A stretch of 64,000 bases of DNA from Candidatus Latescibacterota bacterium (GCA_965116875.1 OZ220733.1:2432001-2496000), one strand, 5' to 3'; positions 39,560 to 52,191 are shown, counted from the stretch's first letter. The notes: generated by a model not told the origin, from the sequence alone. Numbers and translations: made by a program.

Positions 39560-40828
39560 GTGCACGTCGCCATAATCGGCAACGGCGTCACCGGTGTTAG
39601 CGCGGCGATCAGGCTGCGGCGCAAACAGCCGGACTGGCGCATCACCCTTATCTCCGGCGAATCCCGATACCACTATTCGCGGCCGGCCCTGATGTACGTT
39701 TTCATGGGCCATATGACCTATCAGGGCACCAAACCCTTCGAAGACGACTTCTGGTCCATAAACCGGCTGGACCTGCGCCGGGACTGGGTCGCCGGGATCG
39801 ACGCCCCCCGAAAGTGCCTCACTCTCCACCGGGGCGGTGACTTCCACTATGACAAGCTGCTCATCGCCACCGGCTCGAAATCCAACAAATTCGGATGGCC
39901 GGGACAGGACCTCAAAGGCGTTCAGGGCCTCTATTCCCTCCAGGATCTCCGCACCCTGTACGACAACGCGAAGCACACCCGTCATGCCGTGATTGTCGGC
40001 GGCGGCCTCATTGGCGTCGAACTGGCCGAAATGCTACATTCGCGCAACATCCACGTCACCTTTCTGGTACGCGAGCCATCCTACTGGGGCAACGTCCTTC
40101 CCGGAGAAGAATCCGTTATGGTCAACGAAATCATCCGGGAACAAGGCATCGGACTCAAACTCAGCACCAGCCTCAAGGAGATCCTGGACGACGGAAACGG
40201 CAGAGTCTGCGGCGTTGTCACGGAAGACGGCGAATCGCTGGAATGCCAGTTTGTGGGTCTCACCGCAGGCGTGTCACCCAATATAGACCTTGTCAGGGAC
40301 TCCGAAATCGAGACCGGCAGGGGGATCCTTGTCGATCACAGCTTTCAGACCAGCGTTCCTGACGTATATGCCGCGGGTGACTGTGCCGAAATCGTCACCG
40401 GCGGCGAGCGGAATCTGTTGCAGCAGGTCTGGTACACAGGCAGGAAACAGGGAGAGGTCGCGGGGGACGTCATGGCGGGCGAAACCCGTAGCTACGACCC
40501 GGGCATCTGGTTCAACTCCGCCAAGTTCCTGGACCTGGAATACCAGGTCTACGGCCGCGTCAACCTCAATGTGCCGGGCGAAAAGAACCTCTATTGGCAA
40601 CACCCCGCACAGCGCCAGTCCGTGCGAATCGTTTACACCGAACCGGACGTGATCGGCATCAATCTCATGGGTATCCGCTACCGCCACGAAGTCTGCGAAC
40701 GCTGGATCTCGGAACAGCGCCCGGTCGACTTCGTGCTGGACAACCTTGCAGACGCCAACTTCGACCCCGAGTTCTTCGACCGGCACGAATCCGAAATCGT
40801 ACCCGCCCTCAGGGAGCAGATGTCATGA
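39560..40828 (+). CDS. FAD/NAD(P)-dependent oxidoreductase (rubredoxin reductase/NirB N-domain-like)
   Basis: IIGNGVTG, LLIATGS, VGGGLIGVE and YAAGDCAE motifs; GGAGG RBS. Confidence 0.88.
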   Translation: MHVAIIGNGVTGVSAAIRLRRKQPDWRITLISGESRYHYSRPALMYVFMGHMTYQGTKPFEDDFWSINRLDLRRDWVAGIDAPRKCLTLHRGGDFHYDKLLIATGSKSNKFGWPGQDLKGVQGLYSLQDLRTLYDNAKHTRHAVIVGGGLIGVELAEMLHSRNIHVTFLVREPSYWGNVLPGEESVMVNEIIREQGIGLKLSTSLKEILDDGNGRVCGVVTEDGESLECQFVGLTAGVSPNIDLVRDSEIETGRGILVDHSFQTSVPDVYAAGDCAEIVTGGERNLLQQVWYTGRKQGEVAGDVMAGETRSYDPGIWFNSAKFLDLEYQVYGRVNLNVPGEKNLYWQHPAQRQSVRIVYTEPDVIGINLMGIRYRHEVCERWISEQRPVDFVLDNLADANFDPEFFDRHESEIVPALREQMS

Positions 40829-42321
40829 TTGATACCGCCACCCTCGACTACGACTTCGATGAGGAAACGCAGGGCTTCGAGGAACCGCCCGCGCAACAGG
40901 CGCCACCGGCATCCTGGCCGGAAAGGCTCTCCATTTCGGCCGTCGCGGTCGGCTTCCTGGCACTCATCGTGACCCTGCTCGGTCCGCTTTCCGGTACCTG
41001 GACCGGCATCCTGCTCAGCTTCGGCCTCATCGTGCTGGGATCGGCAGCGTATTTCTGGTTCACGTACAGGAACACGGTTCCGGGGATCAAGCACGACGGC
41101 ATCATGTTCGGCAGCGCGACCCATCTGGGAGCCATCGGATGGGCCCTGGGCATTGTCATCACCGGATTTTACGTCTTGCTCTATTGGTGGCCCGAAACCC
41201 TCGAACGCGGCGTCCGGCTGGTGGACCCGCTATCCCAGGCGTTGGCCGGGGGTCCGGCGGACCGATGGTTCTTCTACGGCTTCCTGTACACGCTCGCCAT
41301 CCTCGTGTTCGGTGTCCGCATGTTCATGAAGTACCGCCACAACCGCTACCAGATCATCCGCACCGCGTCCGTAATGTTCTTCCAGCTTGGCTTCGCCTTT
41401 CTCATACCGCAACTGCTCAAGAGCTTCAACCAGCCTGAGTTCTATTTCACCTATTTCTGGCCGCTCAAATACGACTACCTCTTTCCCTCCACCGTGGGCA
41501 GCCTGACCGGCCATCCCGGCGCCCTCGGCGTCTTCATGGTCTTCTGGGGCGCCGTGGCCACCTTCATCGCCACGCCCGTACTCACCTACTTCTACGGAAA
41601 ACGATGGTACTGCTCCTGGGTATGCGGCTGCGGCGGCCTCGCCGAGACCCTGGGCGATCCCTTTCGCCAGCTCTCCAGCAAGACGACCCGCTCCTGGAGG
41701 ATCGAACGGGGCATCATCTACTCGGTCCTCATCTTCATTACCGTAACCACAATCGCGCTGTGGGTCAACTCCGCCACCGAAGGCCGCGTCTTCGGCCGGC
41801 TGTCGGGGCCGCTTGCCAGCGCGTACGGATTCTACATCGGCGCCCTGTTTTCCGGCGTCATCGGCGTGGGCTTCTATCCACTGATGGGCAGCCGGGTCTG
41901 GTGCCGCTTCGGCTGTCCCATGGCCGCAATTCTGGGCGTCTTCCAGCGTTTCTTCTCACGCTTCCGGATCACCACCAACGGCGGCCAGTGCATGTCCTGC
42001 GGCAACTGTTCCACCTACTGCGAAATGGGCATCGACGTACGGGCGTACGCCCAGCGCGGCGAGAACATCGTTCGCGCTTCGTGCGTGGGATGCGGCATCT
42101 GCTCCGCCGTCTGCCCGCGCGGCGTACTCAAGCTGGAAAACGGCCCCACGCACGCCGACCGGTATCCCGGCTCAGATCGTCCCCTGGCCGCCTTCCAGGA
42201 AGCGGTGAGCGCCGCGAAGGTGTACGAGGGAAAAAACGGGTCGGCCGCGCCGGAGCCCGTCGACCCTGCCCTCCTCAGCCAGCGCAGGCCGCTCAAATCG
42301 CAATTCAGACGGCGTCTATAA
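40825..42321 (+). CDS. Multi-pass membrane 4Fe-4S protein (NapH/CcoG/YccM-like)
   Basis: Multiple TM segments; [16 protein letters not shown] and two CxxCxxCxxxC motifs; ATGA overlap with the oxidoreductase. Confidence 0.88.
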   Translation: MIDTATLDYDFDEETQGFEEPPAQQAPPASWPERLSISAVAVGFLALIVTLLGPLSGTWTGILLSFGLIVLGSAAYFWFTYRNTVPGIKHDGIMFGSATHLGAIGWALGIVITGFYVLLYWWPETLERGVRLVDPLSQALAGGPADRWFFYGFLYTLAILVFGVRMFMKYRHNRYQIIRTASVMFFQLGFAFLIPQLLKSFNQPEFYFTYFWPLKYDYLFPSTVGSLTGHPGALGVFMVFWGAVATFIATPVLTYFYGKRWYCSWVCGCGGLAETLGDPFRQLSSKTTRSWRIERGIIYSVLIFITVTTIALWVNSATEGRVFGRLSGPLASAYGFYIGALFSGVIGVGFYPLMGSRVWCRFGCPMAAILGVFQRFFSRFRITTNGGQCMSCGNCSTYCEMGIDVRAYAQRGENIVRASCVGCGICSAVCPRGVLKLENGPTHADRYPGSDRPLAAFQEAVSAAKVYEGKNGSAAPEPVDPALLSQRRPLKSQFRRRL

Positions 42322-44533
42322 TGGCGTTGAAGATCCCGCTGGGACGCATCGCGCTGGCGGTCTGGTCCGGATCGGGCGCATAATAGCCGCCAAGATCCAC
42401 CGGCTCACCCTGGGCGGCCAGCAGTTCCGCGCTTATCCTGTCCTCATTCTCCTCGAGTTTCCTCGCGACGTCCCCAAACCTTGCTTTCAGTTCCGCGTCG
42501 CTTTCCTGCGCGGCCAGGGCCCGCGCCCAGTACATCGCGAGATAGAACGTGCTGCCCCGGTTGTCGATCTCGTTCACCCTTCGTGAGGGCGACCGCGAAT
42601 TCTCCAGGTATTTCGTGATGGCCCGGTCCAGCGTATCCGCAAACACCGCGGCCTTCGCGTTTCCCGCGGTCTCGGCGATCAGCCGGAACGACGGCACGAG
42701 GGCGCAGTATTCTCCCAGCGAGTCCCACCTCAGGTGCCCCTCCTTCAGGAACTGCTGGACGTGCTTGGGCGCCGATCCGCCCGCCCCGGTCTCGAACAGT
42801 CCGCCGCCGTTCATCAGCCTGACGATCGACAGCATCCGCGCACTGGTCCCGAGTTCCAATATTGGAAAGAGATCCGTCAGATAGTCGCGAAGCACGTTGC
42901 CCGTCGCCGCGATCGTATCCTCTCCCCTGCGTATCCGATCCAGCGAAAACCGCATCGCGTCGCGGGGCTTCAGCACGCGGACGTCCAGGCCCTCCGTGTC
43001 GTGTTCAGGGAGATAGACGTCCACCTTTGCGATGATTTCCGCGTCATGCGCCCTTTCACGGTCCAGCCAGAACACCACCGGCGTTGCGGAGACGCTCGCC
43101 CGCCTCACCGCCAGGCCCACCCAGTCCCTGATCGCGGCGTCCTTCGTCTGACACATCCGGAAGATATCCCCGACTTCCACCTCCTGAACGAGCAACACGT
43201 CGCCGGTCGCGTCCACAACGCGAATCACACCCGCGCCGGGAGCTTCGAAGGTCTTGTCGTGTGAGCCGTATTCCTCGGCCTTCTGCGCCATCAGACCCAC
43301 GTTGGCCACGCTGCCCATCGTGGCGGGGTCGAACTGCCCCCGCGCCTTCGCGTCTTCGAGAATCTCGCTGTACATGGTCGCATAGCACCGGTCCGGCACG
43401 ATGGCGATCGTATCCTGCAGTTCGCCGTCCCGGTTCCACATCTTCCCGCCGTCGCGGACCACGTTGGGCATCGAGGCATCGATAATCACGTCGTTCGGCA
43501 TATGGAGATTGGTGATGCCGCGATCGGAATCGACCATCGCCAGTCCGGGGCGACCCTCATATACCGCGGCAATGTCGGCCTCGATCTCCGCCCTTTTGCC
43601 GGCGGGAAGGCGATCGAGCCGTGACACCACGTCGGCCAGGCCGTAGTTCACGTCGGCGCCGATCGCTTCCAGCGTATCGGCATGTTTCTCCAGCGCTTCC
43701 TGAAAATAGACCGAAACGCAGTGGCCGAATATAACGGGGTCGGAGACTTTCATCATGGTGGACTTGAGATGCAACGAAAGCAGCGCGCCGTCCCGCTTCG
43801 CCGCATCCATCTGCTCCGAGAAGAACCGCCGGAGGGCGTTCACGTTCATCACCGCGGTGTCCACCACCTCGCCGGCTTCCAGGGATATCCCGTCCTTGAG
43901 TGCGTTGACCCGACCGTCGTCGCCGGCGAACTCGATTCGCACCCGGGTCGCTGCGATCACCGTGGTCGATTTCTCGCTTTCGAAGAAGTCCCCGCCCGTC
44001 ATGTGGGCGACCCGCGCCCTGGAGCCCGATTTCGGCCATGGCCGCATCATCCTGTGCGGATTCCTCCGGAAGAATGCCTTCACCGAAGCGGCGGGCCGCC
44101 GGTCGGAGTTGCCCTCGCGCAGGACGGGATTGACGGCTGAACCGAGCACCCCTGCGAATCGGGTCTGCAACTCTCTCTCAGCGTCGGTTTGCGGCTCGTC
44201 CGGGTAGTCAGGAATGTCGTAGCCCTTGTCTTGCAGTTCCTCGATGGCCGCTTTCAATTGCGGAACCGTGGCGCTGATATTGGGCAGCTTGAGGATATTG
44301 GCCTCGGGTTTCCGGGTCAGGGCGCCGAGTTCACCCAGGCAATCCGGAATCCGCTGCGCTTCGGCCAGGTTTTCCGGAAAGCTGGCGATGATCCTGCCGG
44401 CAAGGGAGATGTCGCTGAGTTCGACGTCAATGCCGGACCCACGGATGTAGGACCGTACAACCGGCAGCAACGCGGCGGTGGCCAGCGCGGGCGCTTCGTC
44501 GATCTTCGTCCACATGATTTTGGCTGTCGCCAT
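42305..44533 (-). CDS. icd: Monomeric NADP-dependent isocitrate dehydrogenase
   Basis: [34 protein letters not shown] and [15 protein letters not shown] motifs. Confidence 0.97.
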   Translation of the reverse strand: MATAKIMWTKIDEAPALATAALLPVVRSYIRGSGIDVELSDISLAGRIIASFPENLAEAQRIPDCLGELGALTRKPEANILKLPNISATVPQLKAAIEELQDKGYDIPDYPDEPQTDAERELQTRFAGVLGSAVNPVLREGNSDRRPAASVKAFFRRNPHRMMRPWPKSGSRARVAHMTGGDFFESEKSTTVIAATRVRIEFAGDDGRVNALKDGISLEAGEVVDTAVMNVNALRRFFSEQMDAAKRDGALLSLHLKSTMMKVSDPVIFGHCVSVYFQEALEKHADTLEAIGADVNYGLADVVSRLDRLPAGKRAEIEADIAAVYEGRPGLAMVDSDRGITNLHMPNDVIIDASMPNVVRDGGKMWNRDGELQDTIAIVPDRCYATMYSEILEDAKARGQFDPATMGSVANVGLMAQKAEEYGSHDKTFEAPGAGVIRVVDATGDVLLVQEVEVGDIFRMCQTKDAAIRDWVGLAVRRASVSATPVVFWLDRERAHDAEIIAKVDVYLPEHDTEGLDVRVLKPRDAMRFSLDRIRRGEDTIAATGNVLRDYLTDLFPILELGTSARMLSIVRLMNGGGLFETGAGGSAPKHVQQFLKEGHLRWDSLGEYCALVPSFRLIAETAGNAKAAVFADTLDRAITKYLENSRSPSRRVNEIDNRGSTFYLAMYWARALAAQESDAELKARFGDVARKLEENEDRISAELLAAQGEPVDLGGYYAPDPDQTASAMRPSGIFNAIIDAV

Positions 44534-44591
44534 TTGCTGTCCTCTCCTTCTTGTATGGATCAACCAGGCGTAGGTCGGGTTTCGGGTTGTG

Positions 44592-47500
44592 TCATCCGTC
44601 CACACGCAGAAATCGCAGTTCGGAATTCTCACGTCCGAATCGTAACTCGTCAATCATTCCGTCCGGCCGGCGGACCTCCAGCCGTTCACCGTCCCATCGA
44701 CACATGGGCGTCCCGGTTTCACGGGTATCCGGCCAGATGACCGTCAGCAATTCCACCTCGCTTCCGGCCTGTGTGGTTGCATGCAGCGCGCGGTCGGTGA
44801 GCTGGGTCATCACGCAGTCCGGCGGCGCGACGCGGTCCAGAGTCACATCCGGGCCCGCAAACGCCAGAGACAGTCTCGTCTTGATTCCCCTGATTTCACA
44901 GCCCCCGTCCCCGTTGACGATCTCTCCAGCCGTATGCGCCATAAACGTCACCTGTACCGGTAGCTCGCTCCATATTTCATCCAGAACAACCAGGTACCGC
45001 CCGTCTACCATGACGACGTGGCGGCGGGCGCGTCCGACGTCGTCTCCGAACGACCTGTCCGCCTCCGCCGCGATGGCCAGATGCCGGGATGCCTCGTCCC
45101 AATACAGGAACGTCCCCGTTCCCGGTCCCTGCGGCCTGCCGTTCACCAGCGTGGTGCTGTATCCCACAGGCGGCGTACTGTAGTCGTGGCTGCGCCGGAT
45201 CAGCGGCTCTCCCCCCGCCACCACCTGGATCGCGTTCAGGTCCCGGCTCGTATGGCCGAAACCGGGAGCGGCGTATCCGCTCTTGAACGACACGTACAGC
45301 GCCGGATCGGGCCATTCCGAGGCGAGCGCGGCCCACCGGATCTCCTCGTAGACACGCAGGCGCTTCAACCCCGTCATGATGGATCCCAACAACGCCGGCG
45401 CCGGCCTGTCGCCCACGACGGTACGTGACGCCTCGTGCTGATAGGGAATCCCGGTGGAGCGCCACATCACCGTATACCAGTCCGATCGCCTGTTTTCGCC
45501 CTCGCCGCCGTATGCATCCGCAAACAGCGATAGGAGAGGTTGGTCAAACCGATGCGCCAGAAGATGCAGAAAAGGCGCCGCTCCGGTGTTCATACCGTCG
45601 TTGAACCCCGCAGGAACCCCACGCGGCGTAAAATAAACGGGAAAATACCCCGCGTCACGCATGCCCGGCAATGAAAAGACACCGTCGTCCCCGCCCGTTG
45701 CGGATTCCATTGCCGCGCCGTGCAGTATGATCCCCCGCAGAAATACCGCCCAGTAGTTGACGGATTCCGGCCAGGACCCATCGGTCGGAAACGCGCGCAT
45801 CGGCGTTCCGATGTCTTCCCTGGCAATCCTGAGAACGGCTTCCGCGTCGAGCGCTTCATCCCGGAGGCAAAGCGCCAGCACGGTCGCCACGCTATCCGAA
45901 ATCGGCGTCAGATTTGCAATCCTCCCCTTCCAGTACGCCTGGTCATTCTCCATGGCCCACAGGTACACCAGCAGCCCGTTCTCGACCAGCCGATCCCTGA
46001 GTACCCTGCGTTCATCAGGCGGGATCAGGTCTCCCAGCCAGTCCATCGCCAGCGCGCAGTACATCGCCTTCCACATCAGATCGGGATCCGCCCCGTAAAC
46101 CCTCGGATCTCCCCACAGCACGTGCTCCACGAGCACCCGGACCATCTTCCGGGCAAGTTCCCCGTAGCGGTCGTTTCCCTCGATCAGATAGACCAGGGCC
46201 GCGGCCATCATCTGGTGAGGGTCCCGCTGAAACAGCGTATCCTCCGAGTGGCCCTGCATCAGCAGGTCGTCGCCGGCGAGCAGGTCGTCGATCGCGATCT
46301 CGCGGACCTCGGTCCCATCGGGCGTGAGGCTGCGCTCCGAAATCGCCCCTCGCTGAAGCACTTCATCCACCTGCGCCCTCATTGCGTCATAGTGCGGTTT
46401 CAGGCCCCCTTCCTTCGCCTGCACCCGCAGCCGCTCCACGTCCTCGCTTCGCAGCAGAACACGCGGCTGACGACCCGTCCCCATAACGTTACAGGGACAT
46501 TCCAATCCGCCTGTCGCGTTCAACCCGATTGGCGCGAGGCGCAGCCGGTAACGTCCCCTTGGCACTTCACCGATACAGATTTCAAACGTCGTCTCTTCCG
46601 AATCCGCAACGACCCGTCCCCGTTCCAGCGTCTCGCCGGCGTCATTCACCATCGACGCCTGCCATTGCGTGCCGGCCAGGCCTTCGCCGGCCAACCTGAA
46701 TCGGCCGCGGCCGCGCTGATCGTTGCCCAACCGCAGCGGATCCAGGCGGATCCCCCGGGGCGGTACGAACTCGCATTGCGTTTCCGCCAGTATCGCGCCG
46801 GTCTCCGGATCGGAAACTGAAACCGCCAGGCGCGATGGATGAAGGAAGCCTCTGAACGTCCCGAACAGGCAGTCCAGACGCATACGTGTTTCGCCCTCAC
46901 CGCGGGATTGGTCCACGAAAACGGTTTCGCGTCCGTATGGATCGACAAGCACGACGCGAACGTCCAGCATTTCGGGCAGCCCGGTGGAAGGCTTCAGATT
47001 CATCCAGAGTTCCTTCTGCGTCAGACCCACGTCGCGAAGGCTCAGATTCTCGATTTTCAGCCGTGGACTCAACACCAGGCGCCCCAACCTGTCCGCCCGA
47101 AGGGGATCGCCGACAATCGGATACCGCACCGCCCGGCTCAGCGTGCTGACTTCCAACCCAGGCTGGATGCGGGAGAGACCGTTGACCACGAATCCGTCCG
47201 GTAACATCTCGGGCGGCGGCGTATCCGTCCAATCCGTAAACCGCGAGACGTTCAGGGGAATCTGCAGCCCGGACCGGGGACGAACGCCGAGCATCGCCCA
47301 GGGCGCCGTCAGACGCGCCGACCACCCTTTCCCGCCCGTGTCCACGACGAACTCCGCCCGCTCCGCGCCATCGGGCAGCCGGACCGTCCCATCCGAAAGA
47401 CACGCCAACTGAAGCAGCCTGTCTTCCCCCGTCACGATCGACACGACAATGCGGTCTTCCCCCTCTGTCCGACCTTCGCACGTCGCCGAAACCACCAGCG

Positions 47501-47738
47501 TCCGGCGGGTCCAGAACGCGGAGACGCGCGTACGTCCTCGCGGCCGATCCAGATGCGGGCGGACGGGGTCCATCATATTTCGCGTTCCCCGGCGCTTCGC
47601 GTACTCGAATCCGGTCAGCTTGGAACTCCGCCGGCTGTCCCAGATGTGCTTCGCAATCTCCATCCGGGCCAGTTCACCCAGCGCCGTGGATTCCCGCCCC
47701 GCGGGCCATACGTCTTTCCGATTCAGTTCGATTTCCAT
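44592..47738 (-). CDS. Large multidomain heparinase II/III-like protein with N-terminal CBM9-like domain
   Basis: [13 protein letters not shown] (CBM9-like), [19 protein letters not shown]...GHTSRDLN and TTLVNG motifs. Confidence 0.65.
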   Translation of the reverse strand: MEIELNRKDVWPAGRESTALGELARMEIAKHIWDSRRSSKLTGFEYAKRRGTRNMMDPVRPHLDRPRGRTRVSAFWTRRTLVVSATCEGRTEGEDRIVVSIVTGEDRLLQLACLSDGTVRLPDGAERAEFVVDTGGKGWSARLTAPWAMLGVRPRSGLQIPLNVSRFTDWTDTPPPEMLPDGFVVNGLSRIQPGLEVSTLSRAVRYPIVGDPLRADRLGRLVLSPRLKIENLSLRDVGLTQKELWMNLKPSTGLPEMLDVRVVLVDPYGRETVFVDQSRGEGETRMRLDCLFGTFRGFLHPSRLAVSVSDPETGAILAETQCEFVPPRGIRLDPLRLGNDQRGRGRFRLAGEGLAGTQWQASMVNDAGETLERGRVVADSEETTFEICIGEVPRGRYRLRLAPIGLNATGGLECPCNVMGTGRQPRVLLRSEDVERLRVQAKEGGLKPHYDAMRAQVDEVLQRGAISERSLTPDGTEVREIAIDDLLAGDDLLMQGHSEDTLFQRDPHQMMAAALVYLIEGNDRYGELARKMVRVLVEHVLWGDPRVYGADPDLMWKAMYCALAMDWLGDLIPPDERRVLRDRLVENGLLVYLWAMENDQAYWKGRIANLTPISDSVATVLALCLRDEALDAEAVLRIAREDIGTPMRAFPTDGSWPESVNYWAVFLRGIILHGAAMESATGGDDGVFSLPGMRDAGYFPVYFTPRGVPAGFNDGMNTGAAPFLHLLAHRFDQPLLSLFADAYGGEGENRRSDWYTVMWRSTGIPYQHEASRTVVGDRPAPALLGSIMTGLKRLRVYEEIRWAALASEWPDPALYVSFKSGYAAPGFGHTSRDLNAIQVVAGGEPLIRRSHDYSTPPVGYSTTLVNGRPQGPGTGTFLYWDEASRHLAIAAEADRSFGDDVGRARRHVVMVDGRYLVVLDEIWSELPVQVTFMAHTAGEIVNGDGGCEIRGIKTRLSLAFAGPDVTLDRVAPPDCVMTQLTDRALHATTQAGSEVELLTVIWPDTRETGTPMCRWDGERLEVRRPDGMIDELRFGRENSELRFLRVDG

Positions 47739-47757
47739 TATTCGGACCAATCTGGCC

Positions 47758-47864
47758 GGGCGCCCACAAGGGACGCCCCTACCATTTCAATCCCCATTCA
47801 TTCACAAATCCGGAACTTACATTGTGTGCCCCGTACCTCGTAGGGGCGTCCCTTGTGGGCACCC
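47758..47864. repeat. Inverted pair of GTAG-type REP elements (REPIN-like)
   Basis: GGGCGCCCACAAGGGACGCCCCTAC (47758-47782) and GTAGGGGCGTCCCTTGTGGGCACCC (47840-47864). Confidence 0.8.
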
Positions 47865-48085
47865 TGCGTTTCGGTTGTCTCCGGGTTCTCGTTGCGCCGT
47901 CGTGTCTTCGTGTGAGCTTTATTGGCCAAACGCATTGAATTTGGGAGATGTCCCCGGTCAAAACGTTAACTGAATCCAATTCAAAACAAAAGCGAATCAT
48001 TGACATAGATTCTATTCCAAAAGGGAATAGATTGCAAATGGGCCGCCAGAACCCGCCGCGCGCGCTCGATAGCACGCCACCAACC

Positions 48086-49060
48086 TCATCCCGCTTCGGT
48101 AATCCTGTACAACGGCTCCAGCCCGCGCGCGATCCGATCCACGTTTTCCGCGCACGCCTCTCCACGCCTCCTGGATGTGCCATAGGTCTGACCCGCGGTG
48201 TGGGGCGTGGCCACGACGTTCGGCATGTTCATAAACGGATGGTCCGCGGGCAGCGGCTCTTCGGCGTACACATCCAGCCCTGCGCCCCGGATCCTCCCGC
48301 TTCGCAACGCCTCCACCAGCGCGTCTTCATCCGCAATCTCCCCCCTTGCCACGTTGATCAGCACCGCCGTGGGTTTCATCGCCGCCAGGGCCCGGCCGTC
48401 GATCATATGCCGCGTTTTCGACGTCAGCGGCACGTGCAGCGACACGTAGTCGGCCCGCGCGAGAATGACCTCCAGTTCGGACGGCGCCCCGAACGCCTCC
48501 ACCCCGAGCTCATCCAGCCGTTCCCCGGGGATATCGACCGCGTCCACGGCCGCAATCCGCATTCCCATCGCTTTCGCCCGTGCCGCCAGCGCCTGTCCGC
48601 TCGCGCCCAGCCCGACGAGCGCGAGCGTCTTCCCCTCCAGCTCCTCGCTCACCGGAAAGTAGAACACCTTCGACCGGAGGTTCCGCACGTGTTCGTCGAA
48701 CTGCTTCGCGAAGTAAAGCATCAGGAACATCGCGTGTTCCGCCAGCGCCACCGCGCTGAACGGGCCGGGGGTATTGGCCAACATCAGACCCTTTTCGAGG
48801 AAATACGCCACGTCCACGTGGTCCACCCCGGTTCCCAGCACCTGCCACAGCTTCACGCGGGCAGCCAGCGCGGCGTCGATCAGAGCCCGCGTTCCCACCG
48901 ATCCGCCCTGGTCCACCACCACCTCCACGTCCTCGAACTGCCCGGCCACGGGTTTCTCGGGATCGTACAGGCATACCGTATGCCCGTCCCCGACCGCCGA
49001 TCTGAAATCGTCGTACCACGGTTGGAGCATGCCGGGTACGTTCAGGTACAGGACCTTCAT
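48086..49060 (-). CDS. D-isomer-specific 2-hydroxyacid dehydrogenase
   Basis: VGLGASG, SLHVPLT, INVARG, GLDVY.EEP and TPHTAG motifs. Confidence 0.93.
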   Translation of the reverse strand: MKVLYLNVPGMLQPWYDDFRSAVGDGHTVCLYDPEKPVAGQFEDVEVVVDQGGSVGTRALIDAALAARVKLWQVLGTGVDHVDVAYFLEKGLMLANTPGPFSAVALAEHAMFLMLYFAKQFDEHVRNLRSKVFYFPVSEELEGKTLALVGLGASGQALAARAKAMGMRIAAVDAVDIPGERLDELGVEAFGAPSELEVILARADYVSLHVPLTSKTRHMIDGRALAAMKPTAVLINVARGEIADEDALVEALRSGRIRGAGLDVYAEEPLPADHPFMNMPNVVATPHTAGQTYGTSRRRGEACAENVDRIARGLEPLYRITEAG

Positions 49061-49097
49061 CTGATATCAACCTCCGGATTGTGTTTGGGCGTTCGTG

Positions 49098-49277
49098 ACC
49101 TACCCCCTGACCCCCTTCCTGAAGGAAGGGGGAACCGGGGTTCATCGGTGTCTTGTCCTTGAGAAAAAACGGAGATGACGTTACCGCGTCGATGAGAGTT
49201 TATATGGGAAGGCGTCAACGCACCGCTTCGCTTTTCTCCCCCTTTCCTTCAGGAGAGGGGGCCGGGGGGAGAGGTCC
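49098..49277. repeat. REP-like inverted element (CCTACCCCC...CCTTCCTGAAGGAAGGGGG / CCCCTTTCCTTCAGGAGAGGGGGCCGGGGGGAGAGG)
   Basis: Two mutually inverted, internally palindromic arms; related motif at ~1133-1170. Confidence 0.65.
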
Positions 49278-49301
49278 CGCTGACGGCTGACCGCTGATTC
49301 T

Positions 49302-51302
49302 TTAATAATTATGAAACCCGTGCCCCTGTCCGGGAAACCAGATCAGGTCGACGACCTGTGCGATGCCGATGCCAACGCAGTAACCGATCACCGTCCCGTA
49401 GAAAAACGGCTTGGCTTTTTCGTACATCCGCGGCCCCCCGTAGTGTACGATCAGCAACTTGGCCGCCCATACCAGCATGATGCTCAGAACATAGTACCTG
49501 GGTCCGGTGGTGTACTGGAACGCCAGGCCCAGCGGGTGCAGCGGCCACCATGGAAACCACGTCCGCAGCAGCGCCAGCAAGCCCGCCTCGGCCGCGCCGA
49601 AGAGCCACACCCCCAGCTTCTGCGGGTCGAACACGGTCCGGTCGGTTTCGCCGATAGACGTAGCGAGGCCGTTGAATATGCCGTGCGGCCCCTCCCATAA
49701 CGTCCACGACCTCAGAAACAGCGCGGACTCCGTGTAGCAGTAATAGACGATGAAGCCCACGCAAACCAGAAAGCTGACCACGAATCCGACAAAAACGGTC
49801 CCGCCGACCCATCCCCGGCGGGACTTCAGGTGGTCCATCGCCTTCAGATGATGGGGCAGCATCTGAATCGTCTGCAGCCTGCCCCCGCCAAAGAAGACGC
49901 TGCTGTTCAATAGCCCCAGTCCCACCAGGTTCCGGGTATCCATCGTGGCCGTGCCGGTGATGGACTTCAGCCACCATCCGCCCTTGCCGCCCACGGGAAC
50001 CAGATACCCGAACCCTGTCGCCGCCATGTATTTCGCCACGGTGAAATACGCAATGAACATCAACGTCATCTGTCCCAGTGCGAGGCTGAACGAGAGGCCC
50101 ACGGCCATGAAGAACCCGCAGACGAAACTCGCACAGACCAGGAGTCCCGCCACCGCGGTCCTGTAGGACACCGGACCCTCTCCCTCACCGCCGCCTTCCC
50201 AGGCCTTCTTCCAGACGTACGCGAGGTGACGCCTGGCCATCCACAGCGACCACACCACCAGGACCGTCATCGCCCCGTGGCTTTCCAGGTTGACGATCTC
50301 GTTGCCGGTGGAGGGTTGACCCGCCATGCCCACGGTGAATCCCGTGCGGTTCATCACCCCGACCTTCACCACCGCCAGCAGCCCCATGAACCAGAAGCTG
50401 AACAGCAGGTCCAGGCGACACAGATAACCCAGACCGATCACCAGAGGCAGGACCCGGTAGTAGACGCGCGGGAAATTCTGGGCGACTACCATCCACTTGG
50501 TATTCACCGAATCGAACAGCGTCACGCGCGGCACCTGCGGATACCAGAACGTGATGATGTTCCAGCAGATGATGCCGGCGGTCCACGAAAAGCCCAGCCA
50601 GAACACGGGCGACCGGAAGAGCCCCGGAATGGCGTGACCCGGTCCGATCCCCTCGGTCAGGTCCGTGGGAAAACTGACCAGCGGATAGGTCAACCGCTCG
50701 GCATCGGCCCACTGGCGATGGAAGATCGTGGTAACGAAAAAAGCCACGCCCACCATGGCGAGGCTTCCTGCCAGCCACCATCCCACCGGCGCCAGCCATC
50801 CGGACCAGGGAACGGTCTCCCCCTTGCGCAGCCCGAAATAGAACCGGTCCACGATTTCCGGCACAGGCTCGGGGAATGCCCAGTGCGGCAGCTCGTCGAG
50901 GAACAGGTCCGCCCAGCGGTTCTCGGGGGTCGCGAAGAAATGCGGTGCGGGCAGCGCGCCCGTCATATACCCGGTCCAGCCCACCCCGGGCATCATCCCC
51001 GCGATCCAGGCCATGGCGAAGATGACCATCATCTCGGTGCGGGAAAGCACGCTGCGCGGCGCAACCCGGGCGATCGCCATATTGACGACCACCCAGATTG
51101 TAAATACGAGGATCAACGAGACGGGGAAATTCGACTTGACCAGCGACCCCACGTGCAGCACCATCGACCCGGCAATGCCGTAATAGGCCGAGGCGGCCGC
51201 CGTCAACAGGCCCAGAACCACCGACCGCGCGGTGATACCGCTTTGCGCGGACACGGGGTCGTGCAAACCCTTCTGTTGATCCGAAAGACGGGCCTGGGCC
51301 AT
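49302..51302 (-). CDS. DUF6785-type (OPT-like) multi-pass membrane transporter
   Basis: Many TM helices; QWADAERLTYPL, WWPLHPLG and KPFFYG motifs. Confidence 0.75.
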   Translation of the reverse strand: MAQARLSDQQKGLHDPVSAQSGITARSVVLGLLTAAASAYYGIAGSMVLHVGSLVKSNFPVSLILVFTIWVVVNMAIARVAPRSVLSRTEMMVIFAMAWIAGMMPGVGWTGYMTGALPAPHFFATPENRWADLFLDELPHWAFPEPVPEIVDRFYFGLRKGETVPWSGWLAPVGWWLAGSLAMVGVAFFVTTIFHRQWADAERLTYPLVSFPTDLTEGIGPGHAIPGLFRSPVFWLGFSWTAGIICWNIITFWYPQVPRVTLFDSVNTKWMVVAQNFPRVYYRVLPLVIGLGYLCRLDLLFSFWFMGLLAVVKVGVMNRTGFTVGMAGQPSTGNEIVNLESHGAMTVLVVWSLWMARRHLAYVWKKAWEGGGEGEGPVSYRTAVAGLLVCASFVCGFFMAVGLSFSLALGQMTLMFIAYFTVAKYMAATGFGYLVPVGGKGGWWLKSITGTATMDTRNLVGLGLLNSSVFFGGGRLQTIQMLPHHLKAMDHLKSRRGWVGGTVFVGFVVSFLVCVGFIVYYCYTESALFLRSWTLWEGPHGIFNGLATSIGETDRTVFDPQKLGVWLFGAAEAGLLALLRTWFPWWPLHPLGLAFQYTTGPRYYVLSIMLVWAAKLLIVHYGGPRMYEKAKPFFYGTVIGYCVGIGIAQVVDLIWFPGQGHGFHNY

Positions 51303-51360
51303 TTCACCGCTCCCCAAGGCGAAACCGGCGGGCTGTCGGTGGTTCGGTCATCCCGTCGTC

Positions 51361-52191
51361 TCATCCGCCCGGAACAAACCGCCTGAGATAGTCGACCGCT
51401 TTGGGGACCGCCGTCTCCTCCGCCTCCACCGCCTGACCTTCGTACACCACGGAAACCCAACCGTTAAAGTCCACGCCTCCCAGGATCTCGAAGATTCTGG
51501 GATAGTCCAGCCAGGCCTCCTCTCCGGTCTGAATCCGGTAAATTTTCGCGCGCACGTGCACGGCCAGAGGGGCCGTTTCGGCGATGCTCCCGTAGAAATC
51601 CAGCGCGGGGTCCTCTCTCCCGTTCGCTCCGCTGGCGCCTGGCGATCCAACGTACTGCCCCGTGTCCAGGATATGCGAAAGATAGGCATTGTCCACGGTC
51701 TCGATAATGCGGCGTACGTCCTTCCCCGTCCGGGTCACGCACCCGTGGTTGTGGTTGTGCAGGCCCAGCACCACGCCTTTCTCCTCGCCGTAGGCCGCAA
51801 CCTCGCGCATACACGGCATCATTCGCGCCCACACCTCCTCCTCCGTCGCGCCGCCGCGGACCCACGCCGCGAATATCCGCACCATCGGGACCCCCATGAA
51901 AGCCGCCACGTCCACCCACTCCTTGACCTCGGAAACCGCGCCGGCAAGCTCCGGCTCCGGCCGGCCGAAGTCGTTGCTTACCCCGATATAGGAAATCGCC
52001 AGCCCGCGCTTCAGACACCGCATCCTGATTTCCCGCAGGTACGCCGGATCCGTGGAGGCGAACGCCCGGGTATGGACGTCGATGCCGTCCAGCCTCAACT
52101 CATACGCCCGGTCGATAAACCCCTCCAGGTCCATCGCGCCTTCCGCAAACCTGTCCTTGTAGCTCAGCGACATGCAGCCCAGTTTCATCAT
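51361..52191 (-). CDS. Sugar phosphate isomerase/epimerase (TIM barrel)
   Basis: LDGIDV, LHNHNH, LDTGQY, HVRAK and VVYEG motifs. Confidence 0.85.
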   Translation of the reverse strand: MMKLGCMSLSYKDRFAEGAMDLEGFIDRAYELRLDGIDVHTRAFASTDPAYLREIRMRCLKRGLAISYIGVSNDFGRPEPELAGAVSEVKEWVDVAAFMGVPMVRIFAAWVRGGATEEEVWARMMPCMREVAAYGEEKGVVLGLHNHNHGCVTRTGKDVRRIIETVDNAYLSHILDTGQYVGSPGASGANGREDPALDFYGSIAETAPLAVHVRAKIYRIQTGEEAWLDYPRIFEILGGVDFNGWVSVVYEGQAVEAEETAVPKAVDYLRRFVPGG

